A stretch of 64,000 nt of DNA from Octopus vulgaris (taxonomy: Eukaryota): the NCBI GenBank assembly GCA_951406725.2, contig OX597829.1, positions 4,092,001 to 4,156,000 on the forward strand, read 5' to 3'. The notes under the pieces were generated by a model. It did no database searches. It was not told the origin of the DNA and was given only the letters and a program-made list of their open reading frames with translations. Made by a program: the position numbers and the translations under genes. Below are positions 40,297 through 55,290 of this stretch, piece after piece; positions within the stretch are counted from its first letter, which is position 1; each line of letters starts with the position of its first letter.

Positions 40297-43200
40297 GGCA
40301 CGTAAAAAGCACCATCTGACCGTGGCCGTTGCCAGCTTCGTCTGGTTCCACTGCGTTGCACCTTGGGCAAGTGTCTTCGACTATATCCTCAGGCTGACCA
40401 AAGCTTTGTGAGTGGATATGGTAGATGGAAACCGAAAGAAGCCCATCATATATATATATATATGTGTGTGTGTGTATGTATGTATTTGTGTGTTTGCTCC
40501 ACCCCCCATCATCACTTGACAACTGATGTTGGTGTATTTACGTCCCCGTAACTTAGTAGTTTGCCAAAAGAGACCAATAAAATAATTACTAGGCTTACAA
40601 AGAGTAAGTCCCGGGTTTGATTTGATTGACTAAAAGTAATGCTCCAGTATGGCAGCAGTCAAATAACTGAAACTAGTAAAAGAATAAAAGAAATATCGGT
40701 GGTGCCCCAGCATGGCCACGGCCTTCGGGCTAAAACATTTTTAAGGATTTAAGGATAAATATATACATCACAGATGAAGGGTCTATGTATGCAACACATG
40801 CACTACATGTCTTACTATTTTTCCAGAATAAATAATTTTTGTGCAATATAAAATTAGTTATAGAAGGGCATCCAGCTGTAGAAACTCTGCCTGGTCAGAC
40901 TGGAGCCTGGTGCAGCCATCTGGCTTACAAGTCCCCAGTCAAACCATCCAACCCATGCCAGCATGGAAAGCGGATGTTAAACAATGATGATGATGATGAT
41001 GATAATTTTTCACTATCCTCATTGTATTAATGATTTTTTCAAAATTTCCCATTCCTTCATTTCTTAGTATGAATTGTAAGAAATCGATATTATTTAAGTA
41101 GGGAAAGGTCCTGTTTGCTTAGTGGGAAAAGAAAAGCAGTGGAATTAATTGCTTTCCTGTTCTTTTTGAGAGAGAGAAAAGCATTTTTTTTTTTTTTGCT
41201 TTCAGTCTCTGTAAGAAAGTAAAATGATTTTATACACTAGAGAAATATTTCTACAGAATTCTAGAGCTCACTTCTGTAACATGTTAAAATTCAATATACC
41301 TGCAATCACAGGTATGATATTATATGAGTTTAAAACTGGCAATAATGAATATTTAGCTTAGAATATTTGGAAGACTAGAAAGCAAATGATCTTATTGATA
41401 AATGTAATAAACACATATGCACACATACACACATACACACATAGACTCATACGTGGCCGTTGCCAGTACTGCCTGACTGGCCCTCGTGCCGGTGGTACGT
41501 AAAAGCACCTACTACACTCTCGGAGTGGTTGATGTTAGGAAGGGCATCTCACTGTAGAAACTCTGCCAGATCAAGACTGGAGCCTGGTGCAGCCATCTGG
41601 TTCGCCAGTCCTCAGTCAAATCGTCCAACCCATGCCAGCATGGAAAGCGGACGTTAAAGGATGATGATGATGATGATAGATGATGGGCATCTATATATAT
41701 ATATTATATTTGGATGTGTATAAAATTTGTGCTAAGTAGCTGGATGTTGCAAAGGTATTGTCTCCCATTTGTATGCATCATATGCTTCTTATGATTCTGC
41801 CCATCTTTTCTTCCTCAATGAAAAATATTTTCCAAAAATAAAAGTTTTGTTTATATTCAAAGTTAGTAATAAATGAACCAGATCAGAATCTCTCTCATTC
41901 TCTCTTTCTCTCCCCCACCTCTCTCTCTCTCTCACACACACACACACAAAGTTATTGGGTAACTTTCTTATGACATGAATAAGTCTTTTGTGTCTCCTAC
42001 CTTATTTACTCAGTAATGATATGTTTCAAACGAAGAGCTTTTATTATAAAAGTAACTATGCACCTCCCACATTTCAAAAGTTTATCATTTAAACATGCTC
42101 TCTCTCTCTCTCTCTCTCTCTCTTGTACAATTGTACAAATTTATGTGGAAGTCGAAAAGCTATCACAAAATCATTGCCTAATTTGAACGTTTAAATATAT
42201 TTATCATCAACAAATATAATTATTATCAACAACATTATTTGAAAAGCTCCATTTTAACCCTTTAGCATTTAAACTGGCCATATTCCATCCCAAAGTGTCT
42301 ACCTGTTTTGTGTTCAGATTAGCCATATCCAGCATCTTACACCTTCCTTGCAATGTCATTCTAAAAATAAACAGTAACATCTTAAATCTCTAAGCTATAA
42401 GATAACACATGATTACTTTTTTTTAAAAATGTTAATAAATACAGGCATGGCTGTGTGGTAAGAAGCTTGCTTCTGAACCACATGATTCTGGGTTCAGTCC
42501 CACTGCATGGCATCTTGGGTAACTGTCTTGTACTATAGCCTCGGGCTGACCAAAGCATGGATTTGATTGATGGAAACTGAAATAGTGGTATGATGTAGTA
42601 CATCAAAACTTCTGGCCTGAGAAATGCTTGCAATTAAGTGGGTACTACTGAAGTCACTCAAAAACCAGGAGGTGATGTTAAGCTGAGAAAAACACTTTTA
42701 GTGAACACCAGTCTAAAGGAAACCTCTTTTCCTTAGAACATCTCATTGTCATCTGAGGAATTTCCCTTGTATATACATTGCCATTCTTGTACATACATAC
42801 CCATAGCCATTCTATCTTATTTTCAAGTATAGTGTATCTAGGACTACATTATTCAGTGTATCCTTCCTTCTTTTTCTTTTTTAGGGAGTGATATTGGAGG
42901 GAGATTTGACTGCTATATCTAGCAAATTGGGTGCCCCTTTACAAGCTCTCTGATTGGTTGGTTTTTTTTGTACATAAAATGTAAGCTGATTGTTTTCACT
43001 CAAAGTACTTTATCAATTCACTTACCTAATTAATATAGGATATGGAATAATTAATTAAATCACCCACATACTCCAGTCGTTAGATAAAGGTTATGAATTA
43101 TAGCTTAGACTTAAATTATATTGAATAAATTTATTTATTAGCTGGAGTGATTGAGTGCTGTACTGCGTGCCCTGCTGGATTTAGTTACCTCCCCTTATGT

Positions 43201-46200
43201 TCTCAGTGCACATTCCATTCTGGTCAACTTTATCTTCTCCTCCCTCAATAAAATAATGATATACAAGTCAACTAAGGAAGAATAAGTTGGTGTGAATTTG
43301 CAGCTTTGTGTGATAGTTGCACACTCAGGTGTGACTGCATGGTAGCAAGTTTGATTCCCAACTGTGCAGTCTTGGGTTCAGTCCCACTGTGCGCTATCTT
43401 GAGCAAATGTCTTCTGTTATAGCCCCAGGCCAACCAAAGCCTTGTGAGTGGATAAAGTAGACAGAAACTGAAAGAAACCCATTGTGTGTGTGTGTGTGTG
43501 TTTGTTTTTCCTTGCGTTGACATCACATGATAATTGTAAATGAGTGTCACTGTCTTACAAGTGTCGTCCTTCATTTTCACTGTTCTCTAAAAGTACGTCA
43601 GGTGTCATGGGGGAAATATTACCATACTTTGAAACAGGTGAGGGTTGGTAACAGGGAGAGCATCTGGCCATGGATATTTTATCCAACCCTTGTAACCATG
43701 GAAGAGTGGATGATAAGATTGATGATGATGACGATGATGATAGTGGTGATGAAACTGTGCAACCCTGCTCCCCCCTGCACATACTTCCTGGACCCTACAT
43801 CAGCTAACTGATTATAGCTCTACCAGTTTTATGCTAATTGACCCTGCACTTCACTCCTGACCCATGAGAAATGGCATTTAGACGGGTAAATGAAGTTATT
43901 CTCTTAGGCAAGTCCTTCTACATCAAGTATTTGAGTATTTATTCGAGTAACAGAACATAGAATCAAAAAATGTCCTGAAGGAAAAAAATGTCTTAATATG
44001 TTATGTTTAAAATAAATAAGCACCATTATTAATAGCGTGAATGATGTGCGAAATACTATGGCACTTTCTCCCACCTATTCATTGTCCACTTTTATTGTTT
44101 AGCCCCAGGTAAAACTTCATCACACTGACCTGTGGTCAAAATTATTCTAGCCATGGCCACCTTTTTCAGTTATTAGATTACAGTATCCAATATGTTTTTT
44201 TTCTTCATGTCTACTCTTTAGATTGTTCAACTACTTTATAAAGCGGTGAGCGGGCAGAATAATTGGCACGTCGGACAATAACATTTAGTGGAATTTCTTC
44301 CGAATGATTGCGTTCCGAGTTCAAATCCTCCCTGGGTCAACTTTGTCTCTCATTCTCCTGAGATGATAAAATAAAGAGCTAGTTAAGTACTGGAGGCATT
44401 TCAATAGGCTTTTCTTTTTCACGCCCTTTTTTATCCCTAATGTGTAATAGGAGGTAGATTTAGTTGCTAATTCTAACAGATCAAACAATCTGGTAAAACA
44501 GGCATGTGAACTCATTTTGCACATATCTCTACTACAGTTCATATATCAAGCTAAAGAGAATGGTTGATTTGCTCACGATAATATCTTCCCATCTTGAAAA
44601 GAAAAGAGGACAAGCTGGATGATGTAGTCCTAGATACGCTATGCCTGAAAAAAATATAGACAGGATGGTCATGAATCAATTGTTTTTCTTTGTAAGTCTG
44701 TCTCTATGGATCAGGATTGAACCAGGCTTAAACGACAACAGCAACAACTACTACATGTTTATGTTTGTCTAGATGTTTCTCTAGAATGGCTTTAGTTGGA
44801 CGAATGATCCAAAATCAACTTCAGTAATAATTCTCTCTATTCTCTTTAAAATGTTGGTTGGGTGAGGTCAATATTATTTAGTTTAAACCTGAACACAACC
44901 CTAGCGCATCTCGTTTGCTATTTTGATGATGATGTAGAGCAGTGGTTCTCAACTGGGTTCATATGGTCCTTGTTGTTGTTGGTGGTGGTGGGGAGTCCAT
45001 ATAAGATTTTACTGTTAAAATTTGTCTGAAATAAATTGGTTATCCTTCTGCAATACACAAAATATTTTAATAATTTTATTTATATAATTCCTAATAATTT
45101 TGGATTATAAAAATATAATATGCCAGCACCGCCTTGACTGGCTTCCATGCTGGTAGCACGTAAAAAGCACCAACCGATCGTGGCCGTTGCTAGCCTACCC
45201 TGGCACCTGTACCGGCGGCACCTAAAAAAGCACCATCTGTACGTAGCCGATGCCAGCGCCACCTTGACTGGCTTCCATGCCGGTGGTACATAAAAAGCAC
45301 CAACCAGAGTGGTTGGCGTTAGGAAGGGCATCCAGCTGTAGAAACACTGCCAGATCAGACTGGAGTCTGGTGCAGCCTCCTGGCTTCCCAGACCCCAGTT
45401 GAACCGTCCAACCAATGCTAGCATGGAAAACGGACGTTAGATGATGATGATGATGATGATGATGAATAGGATTTTTTAAATATTAATTAGCTTAAGAGGG
45501 TCCATTTGAGTAAAATAGGTACCAAAGGAGTTCAGACATAAAAAATTGGTTGAGAAACACTGGTGAAGAAGGAGAGATAATCTAACAGTGATAATATTAA
45601 CAACAACAACAACAGCAATCTGCTAATTTTCTCCCTTCTTTCATACTCTAACTCCTAATCTCCTTGCATAAAGCACCCAATATAGATTATAAAATGGTTG
45701 GCATTAGGAAGGGCATCCAGTCGTAGAAAGCATGTCAAAAGTAGACACAAGAGCCTGAAGCAGTCCTTGGGCCTATCAGACCCTATTGAACCATTCCAAC
45801 CCATTCCAACTGCAGCAAGGAACATGGGTTTTAATGATGATGATACATGCATTTGATAGCTATAAAGACTGGCCAGATCCTGCCTCTCACATTCTAAAGA
45901 ATAAATGATCCTATCATTGAAATCTCAAAGCTGTGAGATAATGCTGGATTAATTCCAAACATCATCATCATCATCATCATCATCTGCTTTCCATCCTGGC
46001 ATGGGTTGGACGGTTCAACTGGGGTCTGGGAAGCCGGAAGGCCGCATCAGGCCCGGTCTGATCTGGCAGTGTTTCTACAGCTGGATGCCCTTCCTAACGC
46101 CAACCACTCCGTGAGTGTAGTGGGTGCTTTTTACGTGCCACCCGCACAGGTGCCAGACGGAGCTGGCAAACGGCCACGAACGGATGGTGCTTTTACGTGC

Positions 46201-47189
46201 CACCAAATCTGAATGCTAAACGGTTAAAGACAATTTACAATGAAAATGAATTTTTTCTCTCTAATATATTTATTCGTTGACTGGTTTCAGTCACTGGACA
46301 CTGACTGTTCTGTGGCACTGCATTCAAGTGTCTCAGTCTCAATTACATTGCTTCTCCCTCCTCTTTTAGTATTTATTTTGAGTTGAACACAACTGGTTTA
46401 TATTAGTAAACATAAATACAAACATAAGCATGAACACACCCATACGTATATTTATATACATGTATGTATATATATATATACACACAGTTTATTTATAAAT
46501 TAATTGATATTAAATTTGTTTTGTTCGTGTTGGTTGTTTTCAGAGCTAATGAGAAAATAATCATTTGTGGGTTGATGAAATGGTTTAGAAAGAAAGCGTA
46601 AAGAGCAGCTGGATAGGAATTATGTAGGAGTTGGTGCCAAATTAAAATCATGGCAAATCTACAGGTCAATATCTAGCATAAAACTATTAACAAAACAGTC
46701 GAATGCTTCTAAAGATAGAAGTGATGTTATTTACGGAGCACAGCAATGGAATTATGCTGAAGAAATTACAACTGATTATTCTAGAAAGATGAGAGATGCA
46801 AAAGTAAATTTTTTAATAAATTCTGGAGCTAGAGAAAGTTCATTATTATGATCACCAGCTATGGTTGTGTGGTTAAGAAGCTAGCTTTCCAACCATAGGG
46901 TTTCAGGTTCAGTTCCACTGCACAGCATCTTGAGCAAGTCTCTTTTACTATAGTCCTAGGTCAACCAAAACCTTGTGAGTGGATTTGGTAGACGGAAGCT
47001 GAAAGAAGCCAAAACTTTGAAGCCACCGTCCATATTCTTGTTTAAGAATAATTTTGTACTCTACAAAAGTATAGAGTAACACTTCAGATTAATGTAAAAT
47101 TGTTTTTATTATAACTGGACATGACAACAAACATTAGTGTGTGTGTGTGTGTGTGAAGGTTGTTTTTAGTTGCTATTGCAGCCAATCAG

Positions 47190-48430
47190 GCACAGTTTGG
47201 ATCTGTTATTAATATGTAGGTTGTATCTGTTAATTAAAATAGCTTCTTTCATTCTCAAGTCCCCAATATTTCTTTCTGTGGTTTCCAATGAGAACTTGGA
47301 CATCTTGTGTATGGAATTTCTGTTCTTTTTTGGTGGAAGAAGCATTTGCTTGGAGGTGTTTTTTTTAACCTGTATGCGTAGAATTCAATACAATTGTTAA
47401 ATGTGATTTTATACACCCTGTATGTATGCAGACATGTTTTCATTTTTGATCAGGCATTTGGCCTTGTTTTGTCTTGGCCTGTTTTTTGTTAAGCTCCTCC
47501 TTAGAGAAGGTCTGGAGCCTGCCATTCATATATTCAATCCTTCCTTATGGCAGATTTCCTTAAAATGTGTCAGTTTCAAAAAACACGTCTTATCCTTGAA
47601 TGTGTGGGTATAGAGAGCAATTCTCCATCGATTCCTTCTTGAACTGTATAATGTTGGTATTTTTATGCTTCATGCCTTGGTCCATTTACTGCATATTCTG
47701 TGAATCTTTCTAATCTCGACAGTCTTAGTTCTGGTCAGTAGGGATGAATTGTAATGTACATATATGCATCCGCATGCCACTTTTCTGTAAAAGTTACTGG
47801 AAATGGATCTGTTCACCATGATTTTGATTGTAAGGTCAAGCAGAGATAATAAGGAACCAGTGTCATCAGAGTACTTCCATTCCAAAATTTATATACTCAT
47901 CATATTGTTGCATATAATATGTTTTAGCAGCCTCTTCACTAGATTATGTTAATATAAGAATGCCATCCACATATCTGAGGGAAAAAGACATAGAAGTGTC
48001 AGCCGTTGAGTGCCTTCTTGTGTTCTAACCAGTTCATGTATGTGATGGCCAGTAGGTCTAATAAACTTGACCCCATGTAGAGTCCAAAGATTTGTTTGTG
48101 AATGGCCTTTCGAACTAGGAAGTGTTGTCCATTATGATGAAGAGCTTATGGATATCTGGAACTGTGAGCCCAAATCAGTTAAGGTTGTATGAGGAGGCAA
48201 TATGTTCAGTTGACAGCTGGGGTCAGAAAGACAGAGGTGTATAGGGAAACAATGTCTAAGCTAAAAGGGTAATTATTTTTTTTCTGAGTATGGATGGGTT
48301 GAAATCTTTCAGTTTGTTGATGATTTTGGTGTCACTTTGAACATGTCCTGAAAAGGTTTGAATTCATAGCCTGAGAATATTTAGATAGAAGTCAAGAGAG
48401 GTGCTGGTTTGTTGTGACCTTGTAAATTCT
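47190..48430 (-). mobile_element. Degenerate Penelope-like retroelement (RT, possible GIY-YIG remnant)
   Basis: Minus-strand motifs in PLE order: YPFSLDIVSLYTSV (about 48270), HKQIFGLYMGSSL...LAITYM (about 48090), LRYVDGILIL (about 47970), SLLDLTI...FYRK...YVHYNS (ORF 47670..47885). Confidence 0.82.
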
Positions 48431-49967
48431 TGATAATAAAGGCTGATAAATATCAGACATCAGAAATAATAAGTATTGTGGTTGATTTGTTTTACTAAAA
48501 CCCTTCAAGATGGTGCCCCAGTATGACCACAGTCCAATGACTGGAACAAGTGAAAGCTAAGAGCATGATGGATAAGGTTTATGGTTGCTTGTCATGGGGG
48601 TACGCCAGCTTAGAGCTTAATGAAAGCAAGAACAACAGAGAACAGAGACATCTGAGCAAATACAACATTAAAGAGACAGAGAAATTAATGTGACATAAGT
48701 CCAAACAACCAAAACACACTGAGATAATCTGTCCAATCATCAAATATGTAAAAATTTACCAAAAATCACAAACAACTTGGAACGGTACAGAAATAAGTCA
48801 TTGCATCTGTGCTGAAACTATAGCATAAAACAAGCTGCCACTAAAGACAAACATGTACACACACATTCTATCGCATTTTCCAGTGGATTTTAATCCCACT
48901 TTCAGTTCCAGTGGATTTTAATCCCACTGCCAGTTCCCGTTGTTGTATTTACATTTTCTTCTGTTTTATCTGAAATTATCTTGCATGTAAACTAATCTCC
49001 TAAAAATTTTGATTTCTGAAATTTATGAGAAGCAATAATAAAAAAAAAAGTCCTATAAATGTGATTTAGTTTGAGTGTATTACAATCATATCAGTGTAAG
49101 TATGATTAATTAAAATGATAATTCATCACAATTAATTATTGATTTACTATCAATACACATTTTAAAAAATCATTTATATGTTGTATACGTGTACACACAC
49201 ACACACACATATTTGTTCTAGATACTGGCCGTATCATATATGTAAAAAAACATGAGATAGGCAAAATATTCAAAATATAAACTTTTTTATCTCAAAATAT
49301 TTCCATGTCCACTACCTCCTTGTTTAGTCCACCTCAGTATCTTCAACCTCACAAAGAAAATATCCCATTCCTAACAAAATCTGTCCCAAGTTTTGGACCT
49401 GTATGCTTTTTTTTACCCAGAATGGAATCAAATGAATATAATGGAAACTATATATAATAATAACCCGTATGAGTCACTGTGTCATTTGATGATTATTTTA
49501 CATGCTGTGGATATGGATCCTGAAGTTATAATGTATTTTCGCTATCAGACTATATTATTTTTATGTACGTAAATTACTTTTGTGACTAGTTTCCTATTTC
49601 ATATTAGGGAAATATTGTTTTATAGCTGGAGACCCTTCCTGTCATTAACCCTTATCTCTCTTCAATTAAGACACACTTTAATTTCAGTTGTCTTCAAAAG
49701 CACAGAGGGTAGATTGTTTATAAGGAATGTTCCCATAAAATAGCCAGTTTACTTTCATGTAAAACAGAATGTAAACATTTATGCATGTGTGCACACACAA
49801 AGAAAAGGAAAAACAGGCTTTCATATTGTTTCTGTTTACCAATTCCAATTACAGACTAGAGGTTGCTCGCTCAAGGTGACCCCCTATGAGATGAAACTCA
49901 AAACCATGTGATTTTGAGTTTCAAAACCTCCAATACACAACCCCAACCTGCAACTTTTGAAATGCTA

Positions 49968-50340
49968 CTAACTGCCCATTGTGAGTATACTGTTCTTAAG
50001 TGTCGTAGTGTACAGAACCATTCTCACTTTACTTGATGGCATTACAAGATACTATACAGGTATGATAGCCAATGACTTCAAGGAATGGTATACATAGCAT
50101 ATGCACTCCTTCAGATGCAGAGATAGGGAAAATTCTACCTCCTTTTCTCATTTTATCTGGAGACTCTATGACCACCAGAATGACTTCCCCAATGTTGAAT
50201 GCAGTATCATTGACAGGGCCACCACTACCACCCCCATACTTGCAACTTACAATTACCAACTCTACCTCTGTAAGAGACTTCACATACTCCACCAACCTGC
50301 AGTATTCATCAACAGGAAGAATGAACTATGTTGTTGTTGC
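49968..50340 (+). mobile_element. Penelope-like GIY-YIG endonuclease remnant
   Basis: NCPL..C...VVYR, YYTGMIANDFKEWYT*HMHSFR, NSTSFSHFIWRL, SIIDRA, INRKNEL. This pattern is typical of the C-terminal GIY-YIG domain of PLEs. Stops present. Confidence 0.72.
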
Positions 50341-51653
50341 TCTGTATTTCTTTCAATTAATTTTAAATATAACAAAGAATTTAGTAAAATACCTTAATTA
50401 TCATTAAGCTAGTGTTAGGAACTTAAATTCTAACTAAGGTTTGGTGGAAGATTTTAATTTAGAACTTTTGAAAACATGACATTTATACAACAGAGCCAGA
50501 AGCGGTTTCAGCCTGGTTGGTATCAAAAGGGGTAACACTCCTTAGGTGTGCTTGTTCCATACTCGAGAGCATGTTGTCTAACCTCTGCTGCCTGTATAGA
50601 ATACACCCCCATCATTGCTGACAATTCAACCTAGCACCACCAAATTTTACTCCAGCACCACCACCCAATCTGGTTACTCCCATCAAAAGGTAGTTACTGC
50701 TATAGTGTTAGTCCTCTACTAACCCACGACAACATCCTGCTCTGCAATGTATGTCAGCAAATGCAGTGAACTCATGTTGCTAAATGATACCAGTCTTCAG
50801 ATGTAGTGGTGACAGCAACCTACCAATATACTGTTCAACTATGTGGACCTAAGAGCAAAGATTAAGAATTGATGTCACTTCCAAATCAACAATGCCTCAC
50901 GATCCGAGCTGACCAATAGATACCTAATATTGAGTAACCATCTTGGATTTGTCTCATTTCCTCTGTTGTTCTCCAGATACCTGATGAGCTAGATTCATTG
51001 TGCTGCAAGCCTACGAAATTTATAATTGCATGGAGCTCAGTTAAGCTGCCATTAAGTAATACCAGCAACTCCTACCACAAGTGTTGAGTGCCACTCCCTT
51101 TCATTTTGTTTGTCCATACACATATATATATATAAAAATATATATAAAAATACAAAATGGGACAAGAATGCAAAACACTCAAATAGACGACACAAAAAAC
51201 GGACGGGTCATTTGAAGCCTCTAATCTTCAGTCAAGAACTGGATCATCCTCGCAATTTCGGCTGATTAATCTTGAGATCGCTCCGATCCGGCCAGCCCCA
51301 AGGAAAACTAAGCTACAAGCATTAGATTTCTTGGAAAAAGGATCGAATCTATATGAAACAAGGACAGAAAAACGGACGATGCCATACGAATATAAATACA
51401 AAAAACAATAATAGTAATAACAGGACAAAATCAGCGGGAGTCTTTCGACTTTAGACAGTTCAACTTAGCTTAGCTGGTGTATTTGGAAAATAATGCCTTT
51501 ACGGCAGACAAAGAAATCGATGTTGTCGTGGCGGTGCTCAGAAGCCAAAAGGCTAGTTGACCAGCGGTCACGTGAGAGGAGAAGAGAGAGAAAAAAAAAG
51601 GGGCAAAGGAATCAATCTTAAAATAAGATAATATAATATAATATAATGAAATG

Positions 51654-51694
<41 letters not shown>

Positions 51695-51695
<1 letters not shown>

Positions 51696-52055
51696 GACGA
51701 AGGTGCAATATACATGAGGAATATTTGAAGTCATCCTAACGAGACGTCTGCGTTGGCTGGGCATGCCCTCCGTCGTCAACCAGGAGAATTCATCTACGAT
51801 GCAACTGCCCCAGCTCCCCTTTAGGGTTGGCGAAAGCGATCCGGTGGACAACGAAAAACCTGGCTGATGACAGTCAAGGCTGATCTGGAACCCAGCCTAG
51901 GACCCCATATCTAGAGCGTTCGCCGCTGGAATAAGGAGTGGTTGGAGATCACGCGGTCGTTAGCCTCAAATCACCAGGACTGGTCGGCGTTTGTGAGAGA
52001 TGTAGCATTGAGGATGAATGAAGCCAGCTCAACCCACCCTGGGGGAATGCTGTAA
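51695..52055 (+). mobile_element. GC-rich RTE LINE 3' fragment in (TA)n
   Basis: RRLRWLG, WRKRSGGQRKTWLMTVKADL, RRWNKEWL...WSAFVRDV. Related to 18625-18930. Confidence 0.78.
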
Positions 52056-52713
52056 GAAGAAGAAAGAAGATATATATATATATATATAAATATACACATA
52101 CATATATACATACATACACACATTTATAAAATGGAAGATCGTTTGGAAGGAGAGACGCCAAAATGAAAGAAAAATGCAAAGAATCACTGATAAGGTCACA
52201 GAAGTGGGACGAAAGAACTCTGGCCGAAATATGATTAATATAAAATAAAGGTGAAGAAAATCAACACGAAATATATAGTGCATGTGCTTTCATTAGCTAA
52301 ACTGGCAACATGACCATTCCCAAATACAACAATGTATATAAATATATATATATATACCGTCCAACCCATGCTAGCATGGAAAGCGGACGTTAAACGACGA
52401 TGATGATGATGATGATATATATATATATATATATACGCAGCGGTGGATGATTGTATATAGAATACATTACTCAAAGAAATTCCATATTTGTCTGATTTTT
52501 GTGTTTTACAATATTAAAATAAGATGATATAATATAATGAAATGATTCTTTTATATGTTTCAGCCTTGCGGCTGCGGCCATGCTGCGGCACTGCATAGTC
52601 TAATGCATGAAAATACTAGTCAATCATTTAATATTCTATCATTTAATTATATTATATTATTATAAGATTGTAAATAAAACTTGGCAATCAGACAAAGTTG
52701 TAATTTTTTTGAG

Positions 52714-52753
<40 letters not shown>

Positions 52754-52767
52754 ATATATATACTTTT

Positions 52768-53050
52768 ACGTGATCGCCCAGGCCATCAGATGTTGCTACA
52801 CATCGCTGGTCACAATGCACTTCGCATGGTTTTAGCCTTCAAATGACACCATCCCGCTGGCTAAGCGAGCTGGCCAACAGAAGAAAGAATGAGAGAGAGT
52901 TGTAGCGATAGAGTACAGCAGGGATCGCCACCACCCCCTGCCGGAGCCTCGTGGAGCTTTAGGTGTTTACGCTCAATAAACACTCACAACGCCTGGTCTG
53001 GGAATCGAAACCGCGATCCTACAACCGCGAGTCTGCTGCCCTAACCACTG
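52768..53050 (-). mobile_element. tRNA-derived SINE family E, reverse, in (TA)n
   Basis: Reverse complement of 56455-56748. A 3' fragment also lies at about 28450-28555. Confidence 0.82.
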
Positions 53051-53390
53051 CCTCCACATATATATATATATATACATATACACACACATTCAAAGCTTCC
53101 AAAGTTCGTTTATAAAATTTGTTGAATTAAAAAAGATATTATTTAGCATTAAAATTGATACCAGTTGTTGTCAAGAGCCATTTAGCTTAACGGTAGAGCA
53201 CTCAGCCGGTATCTGAGGGGTACAGGTTTAACTCCCATAGCCTCCTGCTGGCAACTTTTTTCCATCTTATAAGGGTAGGTACCCAATCTTTCTCTGCTGT
53301 TCTTACAGCTTTACTGTGTTCAGAATTTACTTTCTTGTCTATAATATGTATGTGTGTGTGTGCGTGTGCGTGCGTGCGTGCATGTATATA

Positions 53391-53423
<33 letters not shown>

Positions 53424-53525
53424 ATATGTATGTATGTATGTATGCATGTATGTATGTTTGTGTGTGCATGCATGTGTGTGTATGTATGTGTACATGCATG
53501 CATGTATATATATACATACATACAT

Positions 53526-53606
<81 letters not shown>

Positions 53607-54959
53607 GAAAAAGAGAGAGAAAGAGCTAGCCAAGCAGTAAAAATGGATTACTTAACAAGCTTTGATCTTCAACAGGAAAACATTCTAACTTTTAAAACGG
53701 TTCTTTAAAAAAAACAGCATTTCCTGTGTACACGTACACACGTGTGTGTAAATGATTATGATGATATTGACATTGACACATACAGAGGTACATATATGTG
53801 TGTGTGTGTGTATCAAATTTTACATATAACCATCATCGTCATCATTTCAATGCTTGCATAGCCTGGATGGAATTTGTCGAAGCAGGTTTTCTACAGCTGG
53901 ATGCCCATATTTTAACTACTGTCATCTCTTCCCTTAAGTCCAGACATGTTTTCACGGAAAATTGGAAACAAAATACATCATTTACATGACAGTGACATTC
54001 ACTTACAATTATCGTGTGATGTCAAGGCAGAGAGACAGTACATTCATTCTTTCTCTCTGGAAGTCTATAGCAAGTATGTTGTGAGTGAAAGAACCTGTTT
54101 AATCGAGAATATAAAACAGGAGAAAGCAAAGTCTTCAGTGTGAGTATGTGGTTTGTGGGGTCAACCACGTCCTCCGCTTCATTTTGTGTAAATCACTCAT
54201 TTTCATTTAATTGTGCATATTTTTATTGTTTGTTTATTCATACGTTTCGTCTCATTCGATGCCCTGACCCCAACGTTTGTTTTGCCTGTCCCTTCTTTTT
54301 CTCAACCTTATGGTGAATAAAGAAATACACTCTCTCTCTCACATGCACACACACGCATATACACAACAAGCTTCTTTCAGTTTCAACCAAATCTTATTAC
54401 AAAGCTTTGGTTTGCCTGACAAGACACTTGCCCAAGGTGTCGCACAGTGGGATTGAAACCAGAACCATTTGGTAGGGAAGCAAACTTCTTACCACATTGT
54501 GTATATGCGCAGGAGTGGCTGTGTGGTAAGTAGCTTGTTTACCAACCACATGGTTCCGGGTTCAGTCCCACTGCGTGGCACCTTGGGCAAGTGTCTTCTA
54601 CTATAGCCCTGGGCTGACCAAAGCCTTGTGAGTGGATTTGGTAGACGGAAACTGAAAGAAGCCCGTCGTATGTATGTATATATATGTGTGTGTATGTTTG
54701 CGTGTCTGTGTTTGTCCCCCTAGCATTGCTTGACAACCGATGCTGGTGTGTTTATGTCCCCATTATTTAGCGGTTTGGCAAAAGAGACCGATAGAATAAG
54801 TACTGGACTTACAAAAGAATAAGTCCCGGGGTCGAGTTGCTCGATTAAAGGCGGTGCTCCAGCATGGCCACAGTCAAATGACTGAAACAAGTAAAAGAAA
54901 AAAATTATAATATCTGTAAGTTGATGAACAAACCAAATTTGCTTCTCCATTATCTTATT

Positions 54960-55290
<331 letters not shown>

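Noticed and set aside
51130-51655. CpG-rich TA-flanked element searched for a hammerhead
   Set aside because: CTGAAGA and GAAA motifs exist on the minus strand but not in a compatible order with closing stems.
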